From: Octopus sinensis
Lineage: Eukaryota
Reading direction: 5' to 3'
Length of the DNA stretch: 64,000 nucleotides
NCBI RefSeq assembly: GCF_006345805.1
Contig: NC_043017.1
Location: 6,386,001 to 6,450,000, forward strand
Shown here: positions 41,183-55,112 of the stretch, piece by piece
Position numbering within the stretch: the first letter of the stretch is position 1
Layout of the letters: every line of letters begins with the position of its first letter
Notes under the pieces: generated by a model
What the model saw: the letters and a program-made list of their open reading frames with translations, nothing else
The model's database searches: none
Told to the model about the DNA's origin: nothing
Made by a program: the position numbers and the translations under genes

Positions 41183-41512
41183 TCTATATATAGAGAAGTT
41201 GAATTGCTGTGTGATGGCAGGTTTGGTAGCCTTCAACTAACATTATCTCTCCGAGACTCCTGCGGCGCAAGTTGACCAAAATGATAGTATTGTAGAAAAA
41301 GGCTGCTCTTCCTTCTGTAGAGAGGAAAAACATTCAAATCGGACCATGTTAACACCAAAAATACATTTACATCAAAAAAGTGCTTTTTTTTCTACGAAAA
41401 TCCCTATTTTTTACGATTTTTTGACTGCTGTGTCGCCATTTTTCAGTGTATTTCAACCAGAAAAATGTTGCCTTAAAGAGAATAACAGGCTACATAATGC
41501 AAAACTTTTCAT
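41183..41512 (+). mobile_element. non-autonomous Helitron, 3'-truncated copy of the 61683 family
   Basis: Shares GGCAGGTTTGGTAGCCTTCAACTAAC...CAACCAGAAAAATGTT with 61683-62088. Confidence 0.75.
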
Positions 41513-42315
41513 GTAACGCCTGTTGTTCATGCTGGCATGGGTTGGATAGTTTAACAGGAGCTGCCAAGCTGTCTTCTACTATAGCCTTGGGCCGACCAAA
41601 GCTTTGTGAGTATATTTACTACATGGAAACTGAAAGACACCCGTCGTATTTGTAAATATATATGAATATGTGTGTATCTTTGTATATGTGTTTGTCCCCA
41701 GCTGCCACATTAGCTTGACAACCGATGTTGGTGTGTTTATGTCCCTGAAACTGAACGGTTGAGCAAAAGAGACCGAGAGAATAAGTACTAGGCTTACAAA
41801 GAATAAGTCCCTGGGTCGATTTGTTTGACTATAGGCAGTGCTCCAGTATGGCTGCACATATATACACGCAGGAGTGGCTGTGTGGTAAGTAGCTTGCTAA
41901 CCAACCACATGGTTCCGGGTTCAGTCCCGCTGCGTGGCTTCTTGAGCAAGTGTCTTCTGCTATAGACCCGGGCCGACCAATGCCTTGTGAGTGGATTTGG
42001 TAGACAGAAACTGAAAGAAGCCTGTCGTATATATGTATATATATATAAATATATATAAGTGTGTGTTTGTGTGTCTGTGTTTGTCCCCCTAGCATTACTT
42101 GACAACCGATGCTGGTGTGTTTACATCCCCGTCACTTAGCTGTTCGGCAAAAGAGACCGATAGAATAAGTACTGGGCTTACAAAGAATAAGTCCCGGGGT
42201 CGATTTGCTCGACTAAAAGGCGGTGCTCCAGCATAGCCACAGTCAAATGACTGAAACAAGTAAAAGAGTAAAAGAGAGCACATATATATCGATGTAATTC
42301 CATATTTCTTAACAG

Positions 42316-42416
42316 GTCAGCTGCAAGAAGACATTCTATATTTAAGAGAAAAAGAAGGGGAGATCATTTCTGGTCTCCTCGTGATGTACCAGGTGCAGTT
42401 CTTTGTTGTACTGGAG
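42316..42416 (+). CDS. TEX47: TEX47-like exon 3
   Basis: tttcttaacag|, (S)QLQEDILYLREKEGEIISGLLVMYQVQFFVVLE, |GTAGGT. Compare TEX47 [20 protein letters not shown]. Confidence 0.88.
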
Positions 42417-42746
42417 GTAGGTTGATCTACTTGACTCTTTTGGGGGGCTTGCAGAGGGAGTGCTGGTAATCATGGTAGTGGTGATGGTGACGGTGCTGGT
42501 GGCAGAAGTGGATGTGGTGATGGTGGTGGTGGCGGGGGCAGCTGTGATGGTGGTGATCATGCCAGTGCTGGTGGCAGTAGTGGTAGTGGTGGTGGTGGTA
42601 GTAGTAGTGGTAGGGTGATGGTGTCAGTGCTGGTGGCAGTAGTGGTAGTACTGGTGGTGGTAGTAGTAGTGGTAGGGTGATGGTGTCAGTGCTGGTGGCA
42701 GTAGTGGCAGCAGTGGTGGTGGTGGTGGTGGTAGCAATAACAGAAT

Positions 42747-42782
<36 letters not shown>

Positions 42783-43230
42783 TGATGGTGGTGTTAGTGG
42801 CAGTAGTGGTGATTCTTTAGATCGAGAGGTAGTCTCAATGAACAAATCTATGATCGAAGCCATTCCACATGTGACCATTCCCTCTTAATTCAGGCACCAT
42901 ATCTAGGATTCTATCATCTAATGAGTCCTTCCTTTTTCCTAGATGATGTGGTACAATTTGAGGAAGACTTAGCTACCATTTCTGCTGCCATAAATCCTTT
43001 CCTATTTCATTAGAAAGTTCCATGTTTTAATTAATTTCGAAAATAATCAAGTATTTGATGTGAGTTATTCTTTTACCTTTTGCTTACTTCCCCTCACTTG
43101 AATGTGGCCATGCTGGAGCAACTCTTTGAAGGATTTAATCAACAAATCAACAGCAGAGCTTAGTCTTTAAGTCTCCATACTTATTTTATCGGCTTCTTTT
43201 GCTGGACTGTTAAGGTATTTGGACATAAAT

Positions 43231-43459
43231 GCGGCGAGCTGGCAGAATTGTTAGCACGCCGGGCGAAATGCTTTGCGGTATTTCGTCTGCGTTAATGTTG
43301 TGAGTTAAAATTCCGCCGAGGTCGACTTTGCCTTTCATCCTTTCGGGGTCGATAAATTAAGTACCAGTTACGCACTAGGGTCGATGTAATCGACTTAATA
43401 CCTATGTCTGTCCTTGTTTGTCCCCTCTGTGTTTGGCCCCTTGTGGGTAATAAAGAAAT
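43231..43459 (+). mobile_element. SINE family B (GCGGCGAGCTGGCAGAA...GCCTTTCATCCTTTCGGGGTCGATAAATTAAGTACCAG)
   Basis: 17-bp TSD AGGTATTTGGACATAAA. Other copies at 59379-59600, 60599-60829, 62741-62970, partial ones at 16190, 30125 and 31718, and a minus-strand trimer at 23262-23842. Confidence 0.88.
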
Positions 43460-44443
43460 AGGTATTTGGACATAAACAAACCAACACCAATTGTCAAGCA
43501 GCAACGGGGCCCAAATTCGACCCCCCCCCAAGGGCTTCACATAGTTTCTGTCTACCAAATTAACTCACAAGGCATTGGTCAGCATAGCAGCATTGTAGAA
43601 GATGCTTGCCGAAGGTGCTGGTGCTGTTTGTTTGTTTGTTTGTTTGTTGAGCGAAGTGGTCTTCATGGGAGAAGTCCGAAACATGGTCCTTTGCTATTCG
43701 TAAGACCCGCAGAAGAGAAAGCAGGTCAACCCCCGACACTGAGAGCATCGACGGATTGATGAATGCGCATCCAGGCTCAGCGGTTGCGTAGGAAGTTGGA
43801 GACAAGAAACAGGAAGAAAGAGTGAGAGAAAGTTGGAGCGAAAGAGTACAACAGGGGTCGCCACCATGGCACCTTGGGCAAATGTCTTCTGCTATAACTT
43901 CGGGCCATCTAAAGCCTTGTGAGTGGATTTGGTAAGCGGAAACTGAAAGAATCCCGTCGTATATATGTGTATATATATGTATGTGTGTCTGTGTTTACTC
44001 CCACCCCACCCCACCATCACTTGACAACCGTTGTTGGTGTGTTTACATCCCTGTAACTTAGCACATTGGCAAAAGGAGACCAAGAGAATAAGTATTAGGC
44101 TTACAAAGAATAAATCCTGGGGTTGATTTGTTTGACTGCATTTGGTGCTCCAGCATGGTCGCAGTCAAATGACTGAAACACGTAAAAGAATAAAAGAATA
44201 TGTTCTTCACGCTGAAGGCATCCCTGGGAAGTTTTCCAGTGTCAAGACATAGGTCCATATGCTTCATTCAGTGAATGTCCTTAAGGAAAGCATAGAAACC
44301 ACAGCAACCCGTCATTTCATAGGTCCTTTCCTGCCCTTTCAGTACTGTGTGTGTGTGTGTGTGTGCATGTAAGTGAGTGCAATCTTTACAAACCCGTTAT
44401 GTCTTCCTTTTAATGATGTTTTGTAATTTGTATCATTTCACAG

Positions 44444-44542
44444 TCATCGGAGAAATACATATCAGCCTTAATACAGCACCTCAAGTCTGCCATTGGTGGA
44501 AAACTAATCAAACGAGTGAAGTTGCTCGTTATGTCTCATGAT
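44444..44542 (+). CDS. TEX47: TEX47-like exon 4
   Basis: catttcacag|, SSEKYISALIQHLKSAIGGKLIKRVKLLVMSHD, then U12 donor GTATCCTTT. Compare TEX47 SSSDTL...MKIIVISHN. Confidence 0.88.
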
Positions 44543-45433
44543 GTATCCTTTGTATATTGCTGTGTATGTAATTCATTATACTGCAGCTTCATAACTGGCT
44601 ACTGCTGGTTCAATTTCTAGGTTGACTCAATTTCGTCTCTCTCCAGACACACACACATGCACGAGCTCACACACACACACACACACACACACGCACGCAT
44701 ACATACACATTGAGAAAATACAAATAAAAATGCATACAGAATTTTATCAAAAAACAGAAAGACAGTATTTATAATTCTAACTAAGCAGCTACCGGTTTTA
44801 ATTGCTGTCAGGTAATCTAGTCATGCTCAAAGAGAAAATAAACTGGATTAAATTAAATTAAATTTATATTAATCTCTCAAAATATCTGTTATAGACGTTC
44901 ACATTTTCTTCTTATAAAGATCACTTGATGGTTTATTTCCTTTCCTTCTAATTGTTGCTAGTGACCAGTTAATGATAGTGGAGGGGGATGGCTTAGTGGT
45001 TCGGGCGTTGCACTCATGATCATAAGATTCTTGAGCAAAAAGACTTCATTTCATGTTGTTACAGTCCACACAGCTGGTAAGAATGAGTAATGCTGCAATG
45101 TAATGGTGTCCCACCCGGGTATGCAGAACATGTAGACCAGAGAAACAAGTAAACCAGCTCTATGCTCTTTATGAAGTAATACAGACTGACCAATGTATGT
45201 ATAAATATATATACTTAAATGCATATACTCTTTTACTCTTTTACTTGTTTCAGTCATTTGACTGTGGCCATGCTGGAGCACTGCCTTTAGTCAAGCAAAT
45301 CGACCCCAGGACTTATTCTTTGTAAGCCCAGTACTTATTCTATGGGTCTCTTTTGCCGAACCACTAAGTGACGGGGATGTAAACACACCAGCATCAGTTG
45401 TCAGGCAATGCTAGGGGGACAAACACAGACACA

Positions 45434-45491
<58 letters not shown>

Positions 45492-45751
45492 CGCTTCTTT
45501 CAGTTTCTGTCTACCAAATCCACTCACAAGGCATTGGTCGGCCCGGGGCTATAGCAGAAGACACTTGCCCAAGATGCCACGCAGTGGGACTGAACCTGGA
45601 ACCATGTGGTTGGTTAGCAAGCTACTTACCACACAGCCACTTCTGCACCTATATATATATATGTGCTAGCATGGAAAGCGGATGCTAAACGATGATGATG
45701 ATATATATATATATACTTAAGTACATATATACACACACACACATATATACA

Positions 45752-45782
<31 letters not shown>

Positions 45783-46185
45783 GTAGTAAAGAAATAGGAT
45801 TATCCAGTCCAAGTGAAGCCATACTCAGTAAATAATTGTAGTCACGAATATTGTTCAGAAGCATGTGATCTCATAGATTAGCATCATAGTACTTAGCTAT
45901 TAATTCTGGGGGCTTCTTTTGTCTGTGGAACTTTGTCATTGCCACAGCAGAGGGTAGTTTTCTCAGCACAACTAAGGTCAGCTTTGCAGTCAAGGCATGT
46001 TCTGTTAAAAATGTTTCGCAGGAGTGGCTGTGTGGTAAGTAGCTTGCTAACCAACCACATGGTTCCGGGTTCAGTCCCACTGTGTGGCATCTTGGGCAAG
46101 TGCCTTCTGCTATAGCCCCGGGCCGACCAATGCCTTGTGAGTGGATTTGGTAGACGGAAACTGAAATAAGCCTGTCGTATATATG

Positions 46186-46218
<33 letters not shown>

Positions 46219-46599
46219 TTGTGTGTCTGTGTTTGTCCCCCTAGCATTGCTTGACAACCGATGCTGGTGTGTTTACGTCCTCATCACTTAGCGGTTCGGC
46301 AAAAGGGACCGATAGAATAAGTACTGGGCTTACAAAAAATAAGTCCCGGGGTCGATTTGCTTGACTAAAGGCGGTGCTCCAGCATGGCCGCAGTCAAATG
46401 ACTGAAACAAGTAAAAGAGTAAAAGATTAAAGAGAGTGGTGCAACATAGGATTTGGGTTTCGTTGTTTCTGATGAAAATCTGCCACATCGACTTCCATGG
46501 CCATTCTCTCAGTGTCAGTTCTTTACTGACGAAGTCTCGATTGCTATCGTGCCTGGGTTGTTTGCTTGTCGCTGCTGAATTAGTGGCAGCGACGTGTCT

Positions 46600-46960
46600 T
46601 GCCTAAAGTCTTGTTTCCTCAGCTGACCAGTATTCCTTCGTGCTTCTGTGTCTTGTGGTGTTTCCATGGCATGGATTTCCTGTGTTCTTAACTGATTCGC
46701 ATTTCACTGTGCTTCTGTTTTTACTGGTCTTTCCATTGCACAGGTTTCCTGTGTTCTCATCCAATTCCCACACCTCCGTGCTTCTGAATCTGTTGGTCTT
46801 TCCATTGCACAGGTTTCCTGTGTTCTCATCCAATTCCCACACCTCCGTGCTTCTGAATCTTTTGGTCTTTCCATTGCACGGGTTTCCTGTCTCCTCAGCC
46901 AATCTGCATGTCTCTGTGCCTCTGCTTCTTCTAGTGTTTCCATTGCACAGATTTCTTACA
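46600..46960. repeat. 63-bp tandem repeat (~5 units)
   Basis: TTTCCATTGCACAGGTTTCCTGTGTTCTCA... units; 21-aa period in the ORF track. Confidence 0.85.
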
Positions 46961-47743
46961 TTCTCCTTTGCTTTATTTCGAGACTTGTCTGTTTTCTTCA
47001 ATTAGCGTCTGTTGTCTTTGCACATGACAATTATCCAGCAAAAGTTTTGAGACGATTCAGCTAGTATTTGAGCTAATTTCTCTGAACGGGAAGTTTCCAC
47101 GGTATTAATTGTAACTATTTACCTTGGGTATTTATTTACAATTACACCATTGTCGCTAAACACTATCTTAAAGTGCGCCTTTTATCTCGTTGAATTGCTC
47201 TAAGCGAATTTGACCATAAAAATTTCAGAAATTTAGTATTTTTTAGGTAATTATAAAATTAGTCAAACCCATTTTCATGCAATTAAATGTGTAAAGTTCC
47301 TGACATTTTCATACTTTTTGCGCCTGCTATTTCAGAATTCTACGCATACGTGAAACATCAGCTGAAAGTACATTCAATAATGTATTCATACATGCAACGG
47401 CGTAAAGAGGCATAACAGTAGCTCCGACGGCATGAAAATAGGTCTGACAAATTTTATTAATATCTTAAGAAATACTAAATTTCCAACATTTCGAACACTA
47501 AATTTCCAAATTCGTTTAGAGAAATTCAATAACATAAAAATCGACCAGCTTATGGAAAATGGCTTCCAGGCCAGGTTCCAAAAGTGGCAGGAATGCTAGG
47601 AATGGTGTGTTTCTGTACAAGGAGGCTATTTTTATGGAAATACTGTTAAAACTTGGGTGAATAAGTTATTTTTTATTAAACCTAACTAGTCCAGGATCAT
47701 TTTGATACCACCTCATATTTGGTGTGTGTGTGTGGTGTCTGTA

Positions 47744-47774
<31 letters not shown>

Positions 47775-49219
47775 ATATTTATATATAATATATATATTAT
47801 ATATATATATATTATATATATTATTTAAACTCACATGAGTTCAAAAAGGCTTGACACTTCCTGATTGCTCTGATGTCAGTGCACCTAATTAATTAATGAC
47901 AGTTATATCCGATGAAGGAGAACCAGTTTGACAACATTAATTACATTATTGCAAATGAATTATTCTTAATTAATATCATGATTGCTCTCCTGATGTATCC
48001 CTTTAGAGGTATGATATCTTAGTCATATTCTATTTGCTTGTTAATACCTCTATCAGATGCATGCCTTTTATACTTATCACTTAGGATATTAATAAATGAG
48101 GCTGTGCTGAAAATTCCTGGCTTTCGGTAACAGAAAGTACAGGAGGATCAGTTAATTATGATTTTATTCAACATTTTTCCCTCCCAGATTCACGCCCTCA
48201 TTGCCCATCCTTCAGCTTTTCTGAGCCCTGTAAATGAAGTTGAAATGTTTGTCCTCCAACCAGACCTTTTACGATACTCTTTTCAGCAACCCCTTGTAAT
48301 ATAACTGTGTATGGAACAATTCATAGATTGGCAAATAGGAACAACAGCTTGGTTAAAAAGTTTGTCACACAGCCACATAATTTTGATGTATGTTACCTTA
48401 ATTAATTATGTTGCAGCATCATCTTTGGGTTGCTTTAATTCCTCTGATCTGATGATCTTGCATCCTTTATTTGCTTGGATTTGTGAATATACAATTTTTT
48501 TTGTATAATGTCAAACATGTATATTACTGCAAACATGTAAGTATAATTTCTACCACAGTATAATGAATACTACATGAAGAAGGTTATGAAACAGCTGTAA
48601 TCCTAAAAACGTCATGTAATTAAATAAATATATATTCACCACTCATACCTGCTGACTTTTGGAGTCAAACCAAATAGAGATATTTTGAAATTACTTAAAT
48701 GATTTATGTATTAAATGATTTAAAAATCATTTAATGTATAAATGTTTGTTGTGTTCTTGAGCAAGACACTTTATTTCATGTTGCTCCTGTTTCCTCAGCT
48801 GTAAAAATGAGTTGCAACATCACTGATGTGAAGCTGTATCAGCCTTGCCTTTCCCTTGGATAACATCAGTGGCATGGAGAGAGGAGGCTGGTATGCATGG
48901 GCAGTTGCTGGTCTTCTGTAAAACAACCTTGCCTGGACTTGTGCCTAGGAAGGACACTTTCTAGGTGCGATCCCAAAGGGGTCTTTACTTTTTACTCCTT
49001 ATTGATTTCAAAATATCTTTATTTGGTTTGACCTCATTCTTACAACTTATTATGACTTGATAACGGTAAAAAAATCACCAATCAAGACCCCACATATATG
49101 GATTTTCTAACATAGAATCAGAGGAGTTTGTTATATTTTGACTCAAGTCAAAAACTTCTAGTTACTCTGCCTTGCTTATTAGCATAACACAATATTATAT
49201 ATATATATACATATATATC

Positions 49220-49255
<36 letters not shown>

Positions 49256-49689
49256 ATATTATATATATATGAAAAAACAAGTCAAAATAGAAAATGCTAA
49301 AATACTTTTATAAAGAACATGTTCTTTATAAAATTATTTAGCATTTTCTATTTTGACTTGTTTTTTCATATATATCAACTCGTTGGTTCCTTTCATCCCT
49401 GTGTTTAATATATATATATAATATATATTAGTATATATAATATATATACCGATAAGAAAAACACATAAATGTGAAACAAGGTGGTGAAAAAAGAGTACTC
49501 AAATACCAGTGATAGAGTAATATGGTTTATTTAAAGCAGCAGAACATTCACTTTAAAGTGAGGCCACAGGAATTCAGCAACAATAATTTCTTTTATTCTT
49601 TTTAAAAGTGTGGCAAATTGTATTGGGGTTGCCTTTCCCTTGGATATATATATATCATCCGATGTGTGCGTTCGCCAGCCTCATCTGGC

Positions 49690-50376
49690 CCTGTGTCGGT
49701 GGCACATAAATAAAAAAAAAAAAAAAAAAAAAACACCATCCGAAGACCCGCAAGACTATTCAGGCCATAACCCGTGGCCCTACCTGGGACGTAGTCAGTC
49801 ACCTGTGCATACCTTCCTTCTTGTGAACTTGTGAATGACCTGTTGAGGCAAGTGAAATCAAATCATATCAATCAAAACAAATCAAACAAAGATGACATAG
49901 ATGGAATTTGTATCTTTGTTGTACCCAGTGGCGGTGGCCCACAAGAAAATCATCCGAACGTGGCCGTAGCCAGTACCGCATAACTGGCTCGTGCTTTGGG
50001 GACGTAACACCACCATCCGATCGTGGCCGTCCGCCATGCCTCATCTGCACCTGGGTCGGTGTTTCGGTGGCACATAAAAACACCATCCGAGCGTGGCCGT
50101 CTGCCAGCCTCGTCTGGCACCTGTGTCGGTGGCACATAAAAACACCATCCGAGCGTGGCCGTTCGCCAGCCTCGTCTGGCACCTGTGTCGGTGGCACATA
50201 AAATCACCCACTACAAACTCTCGAGTGTTGGCGTTAGGAAGGGCATCCAGCTGTAGAAACACTGCCAGATCTGACTGCCTGTGCAGCCTTCGGCTCCCCA
50301 GACCCCCAGTATAACCGTCCAACCCATGCTAGCATGGAAAACGACGCTAAATGATGATGATGATGATGATGATGAT
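49690..50376 (+). mobile_element. retroelement family C with GGAAGGGCATCCAGC motif, internal tandem units and (GAT)n tail
   Basis: Ends CCATGCTAGCATGGAAA..(GAT)n. Related copies at 1955-2250, 2472-2740, 15866-16180, 16340-16610 and 22803-23260. Confidence 0.7.
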
Positions 50377-50582
50377 TATAAATATATATATCTTATATAT
50401 ATATATATATGTATATATATGTATATTATTACATACATACACATTTTTTTAATGTTGCACAGGACCCGCTTTAAGTGAACTTTAAAGTGAGGCACAGGAA
50501 ATCACAGCAACAATAATTTCTTTTATTCTTTTTAAGTGTGGTAAATTGTATGGGGTGTTGTGCCTTCCCTTGAATATAGATA

Positions 50583-50641
<59 letters not shown>

Positions 50642-50864
50642 TATATATATATACATACATACACATTTTTTAAGTGTTGCACAGGAACCCGCTTTAAAGT
50701 GAACTTTAAAGTGAGGCACAGGAAATTCAGCAACAATAATTTCTTTTATTCTTTTTAAGTGTGGCAAATTGTTGCCTTTCCCTTGGATAACACTGGTGGC
50801 ATGGAGAGGGGAGGCCGGTGTGCATGGGCCACAGCTGGTCTTCCATAATCAACCTTGTCCAGAC

Positions 50865-53800
50865 TTAGTTAGTTAGTTAATTTTTTGACTCAAAAAGCAA
50901 AAAGGCAAGGCCATGTAGGGGGACATGAAGTTATGTACAGGGTGGTGTTCATGTAAAGAGTTCACGCCACTTGTGGTCAAGGGAGACTTTGAACCGAGCG
51001 GTCGTCGGCATCTTCACCATCTCGTCTGGCAGCTTATTCCACGGATCCGCAACCCGGACGGAGAAAGCCCCTCTCCTTCGATTGAGATGAAATCGTCGCA
51101 GATAGAGCTTTTTGGATTGACCCCACAGCTGACGCTCTGGAGCAGGAGTGAAGAACAGCTCCTTCGAGAGGTTACACTTTCCGCTTATGATGTTGTGAGC
51201 AAGAATGAGATCACCACGGCGTCGTCGTTTTTCTAGAGAATAAAGGTCGAGCGTCTTCAGCCTTTCTTCATAAGACAATTCTTGAGACCAAGAACCATGG
51301 GGTAGCCAGCTTCTGGACTCTTTCGAGATGCTGTATGTCTTGAGGAGATAAGGAGAAGAGGCTTGAATCCGTACTCCAATATGGGTCTCACCAGCGTGAC
51401 ATAGAGCGGTAGGAATATGGCTGCTGTGAGCATTTCAAATGACCGTCGAATCAAGAACAGAACTCCGCGTGCCTTGTTGGCAGCATGGACGCACTGGGCT
51501 GAAGGCGAAAAGGAGGAATCCACCAAGATACCCAGGTCCTTTACCTGATCGGTCCTCTCCAGCAGCAGACGACCGGCTCGAAATCAAGTTGAGTTGCAGG
51601 AGGGAGGCCAACAGGCAGATGACAGCACTTTGACACGTTCAGACACAGGTCCCATTCGCTAGACCATCTCCAAATTTGGTGGAGGCATCGACGAAGATCC
51701 TCTATATCACCGCGAGGAGCGACCAGTTTCACATCGTTGGCAAATAGAAGGGTGTGTTGCGTGAGGTCGTCGGGCAAGTCATTTATGAAAACTAAGAACA
51801 ATAAGGGCCCAAGCACTGAACCTTGAGGCACGCCACTGCTCGCATTGGAGACATCGGACCGCGAACCATTAACTTGGACTTGGAAGGAGCGATCTGAGAG
51901 GAAGGCACCAACCCATCGAACAATATCCGGATGGAAACTATATGCTTGAAGCTTGACAAGTAATAGGCGGTGGTTTACCGAGTCAAAAGCTTTGGCAAAG
52001 TCCAATAAAACGATGTCAACAGCATCACTATCATCGAGGATGCGCGTCACCAATTCTTTCATTACCAGTAAGTTGGTCAAGCATGATCTCTTCGGCACGA
52101 AGCCGTGTTGGGAATCAGAGATAGAGGCTGTGTTTTGGAGGTGGAGCATCATACTTTTCTTAAGGATGGTTTCGGACATCTTGCTGATTATTGATGTAAG
52201 GGAAACCGGTCGGTAGTTAAGCGGGTCTTCGCGGCTCCCTTTCTTGAAAATTGGGCAGATTATCGCTGTTCTCCAGTCCGCAGGTATAACACCCGTCGCC
52301 AATGACATATTAAATAGACGTGTTAAGGGCTCGCAGATGACCGGAGCCAACGCTTTGATAACCCGTGGGTGTATGCCGTCAGGGCCGTGACCCTTGTTGA
52401 CATCGAGGCCTTGAATAACGCGTTCGACTTCGTCCCGCGTGATGACCAATCGAAGCATTGGAAGTACCGATCTATCAAATGGAGGGGGTTCACGACCATC
52501 ATCTTGTTTGAAAATAGTTGAAAAAGCCTCGGCAAATAATTGACTCTGTTGATAAGGGTCCTCAATCGTTATGCCTCTTGAGTCAACCAACGTTGTAATT
52601 TGGTTGTTCAAGCGGGAATTCCGTTGGACATGGGCAAAGAAAGCTTTTGGATTGCTACTGGCGTTTGCCGCGATTCTGTATTCATATCTGAAGCGTTCTT
52701 CCTTTTCAATTTTCACGGCTCGGTCTCGTTGAGTTTCGTACACCTCAAAAGCTGCAGTCGAATCCAGAGTTTTGAATTCAGCCCAAGCAATATCTCTGAG
52801 TCTAAGTTCTCGTTTAACCTTCTTCGTCACCCAGGGCTTGTGTTTCTTCTTCTTGGGAAGCCCAACGAGAACTGCTTGGTCAGTCAACCAGATTACATAT
52901 GCTTTGAGGGACGACCATAGTTTGTCAACTGAGGACAACGTCATCAGGGATCGCCAGTCCAGAAGCGCGGAAGCCTCGGTTAGAATTTCAAGATTAATTG
53001 CAGAGAAGACTCTACGTGGCAGCGAAGTAGTCGTGGGCGCAGAAAAAGTGGAGTGCATGACGAACTTCAGGACCGCATGATCACTCTTGGCAAGAGGGGC
53101 GCTCACAGATACGTCTGACACTGATCTTGGATAGCAGGAGAATACCAGATCCAGCATAGATGGCTGCTGCCCAGACCGATGCCCTGTCGGATATTCGACA
53201 TGTTGCGATAGAAAACAATCTTCAGCCACGTCAAGAAGGGCCTGACCGAACCGGGAAGATGATGTACAAATTGATGCGGGCCAATCGATCGTGGGAGCGT
53301 TGAAGTCTCCTAATATCAAACAGTCATTAGAAGCTGAAACGAATATTATCGCTTCGAGTAAATGAGCATCCTCCTGGGGGTCGGTAAGAGGCGGCCTGTA
53401 GACAGCTAACACGGGCAGGCAAAACCCGGATAGGCTCAGCTTGCAATAGACGGCATCGGATTTTGTTGTAGGTTGAGCATTAGTGGGTAGAATACCGCTG
53501 GACGGTTTGAGATCAGATTTAACATACACAGCAACACCTCCACCGCGTCTTTTTTCTCTGTCACATCTGAAGAGGGCGTAGCCTTGTAGGTGGATTTCCG
53601 AGTCCTTTACTGCTGGAATTAGCCAAGTCTCGGTGATCGCTATCACATCAGGGGAATCACGCATGGCCAGTGTAAATAGTTCGCTGAACTTTGGAAATAA
53701 GGAGCACGAGTTGGTATAGACGATGCTGAGCTGTGAAATTTGAGGGGTGGGAGTTGGGGAACAAGCAGAATAAGGGGTATCAGAGATAGCATCGTTGACG

Positions 53801-54219
53801 GGGGTATCTACTTTACTTCAATTCGCCCTCGATTCACTTTCCCTGCGACCAGAGGTAGGACTTGATTATTTGTCCATCTTGGATGCGTAAACCCTTCTCT
53901 CCCATTTGTTTTCTCATCTTCAGTACGGATATTAGGTTTCTCCGGCGAATTCTCTCTCTCAGTGAGTATTCCTCGCGAAAACCCATATTGGGGTCCTCCC
54001 AGGCATGCATCTGAGCTCTGTTCAGAAAGGTTGAAGCCTCCTGATCGGAAGAAAAGATTACTCTTATTGGGCGTGGTCTAGTGTCTGAGGTTGAGTTCGC
54101 TTGGAAACTTCCTAGCCGAGCGACCTTATGGATACTGACCTTATGGATACTTGTGCCTGGGAGGGTAATTTTTCTAGATGCAATCCCACGGCCAGTCATG
54201 ACCGAAGTGGGTCTCAGCA
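50865..54219 (-). mobile_element. CR1/L2-group LINE, 5'-truncated, inactive
   Basis: ORF1 remnant (RPRPIRVIF); ORF2 with APE endonuclease (ITETWL, GDFN, SDH) and RT (LDFAKAFDSV, GVPQGSVLGPLLF). Catalytic FADD is mutated to FAND, the C-terminus (FSVRVADPWNKLP) is frameshifted, and there is a (TAAC)n tail. Confidence 0.93.
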
Positions 54220-54230
54220 ATATATATATG

Positions 54231-54303
<73 letters not shown>

Positions 54304-55112
54304 TATACATATATACATATATACGATACAACCTCAAGACAACGAATAAGTAAAGAAAATCTCTTTATTACAAAATACAAGCCACTTCTAAACGGGTCTA
54401 CGACAAACAATTAATATACCTCAACTTTAGAATAAAAGAAATATATATACACACACAAATATTACACTCCATAGAATCCATTACTAATCAGCCCCTTCAT
54501 AGCTATACTTACACCCATTCATATTCTCCTCCTCTGTTTTTTTTCTTCTTCTTCTTCTTCCTCTTCTTCTTCATCATCATCATTATCATCATCATCGTCG
54601 TCATCATCATCACCACCATCATCACCACCATCTTCTCCTTCTCCTCCTCCTTCTTCTTCTCATCATTATCATCATCATCGTCATAATCATCACCACCATC
54701 ACCATCATCGTCATCTTCTCCTTCTCCTCTTCTTCTTCTCTTCTTCTTCTTCTTCTCTTCTACTTCTCCCCTACCCCTTAACTTTGTCACTAATGTTTTT
54801 TAGTATAACACCTACGCTAATTCTATAAACAAGCCTGTCAATATAATATTCTCCTGAATTGAACTGAGACTGCCAGCCGCCACTGACCATTCAAAATACG
54901 ACCATCAGGGCACTCCCAGATTCTCCCACCCCCCTTTCCTCACCAGCCTTCTTCCTCTACTACCCTACCAAGAACTCACAACGACCTCCGACACACAAGT
55001 GCAAACAAGGAGTCAGAGAAAGGCAGAATGCCACTTAAATCTGAACACTACTATAGAAATATTCTTTTAAAAAAACTTTTCTTCTAATTTTTCTAAATTT
55101 AATTATTTAATC

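Noticed and set aside
48096-48298. Mariner-like MITE
   Set aside because: Terminal repeats are too decayed to call with confidence.
51541-53664. Active LINE or novel reverse-transcriptase system
   Set aside because: Ordinary CR1-group ORF2 with a FAND catalytic mutation, frameshifts and 5' truncation.
54774-54803. Alternative U12 branch CCCTTAAC followed by TAG
   Set aside because: The downstream frame stops quickly with no TEX47 similarity or donor; the 56299 site fits.
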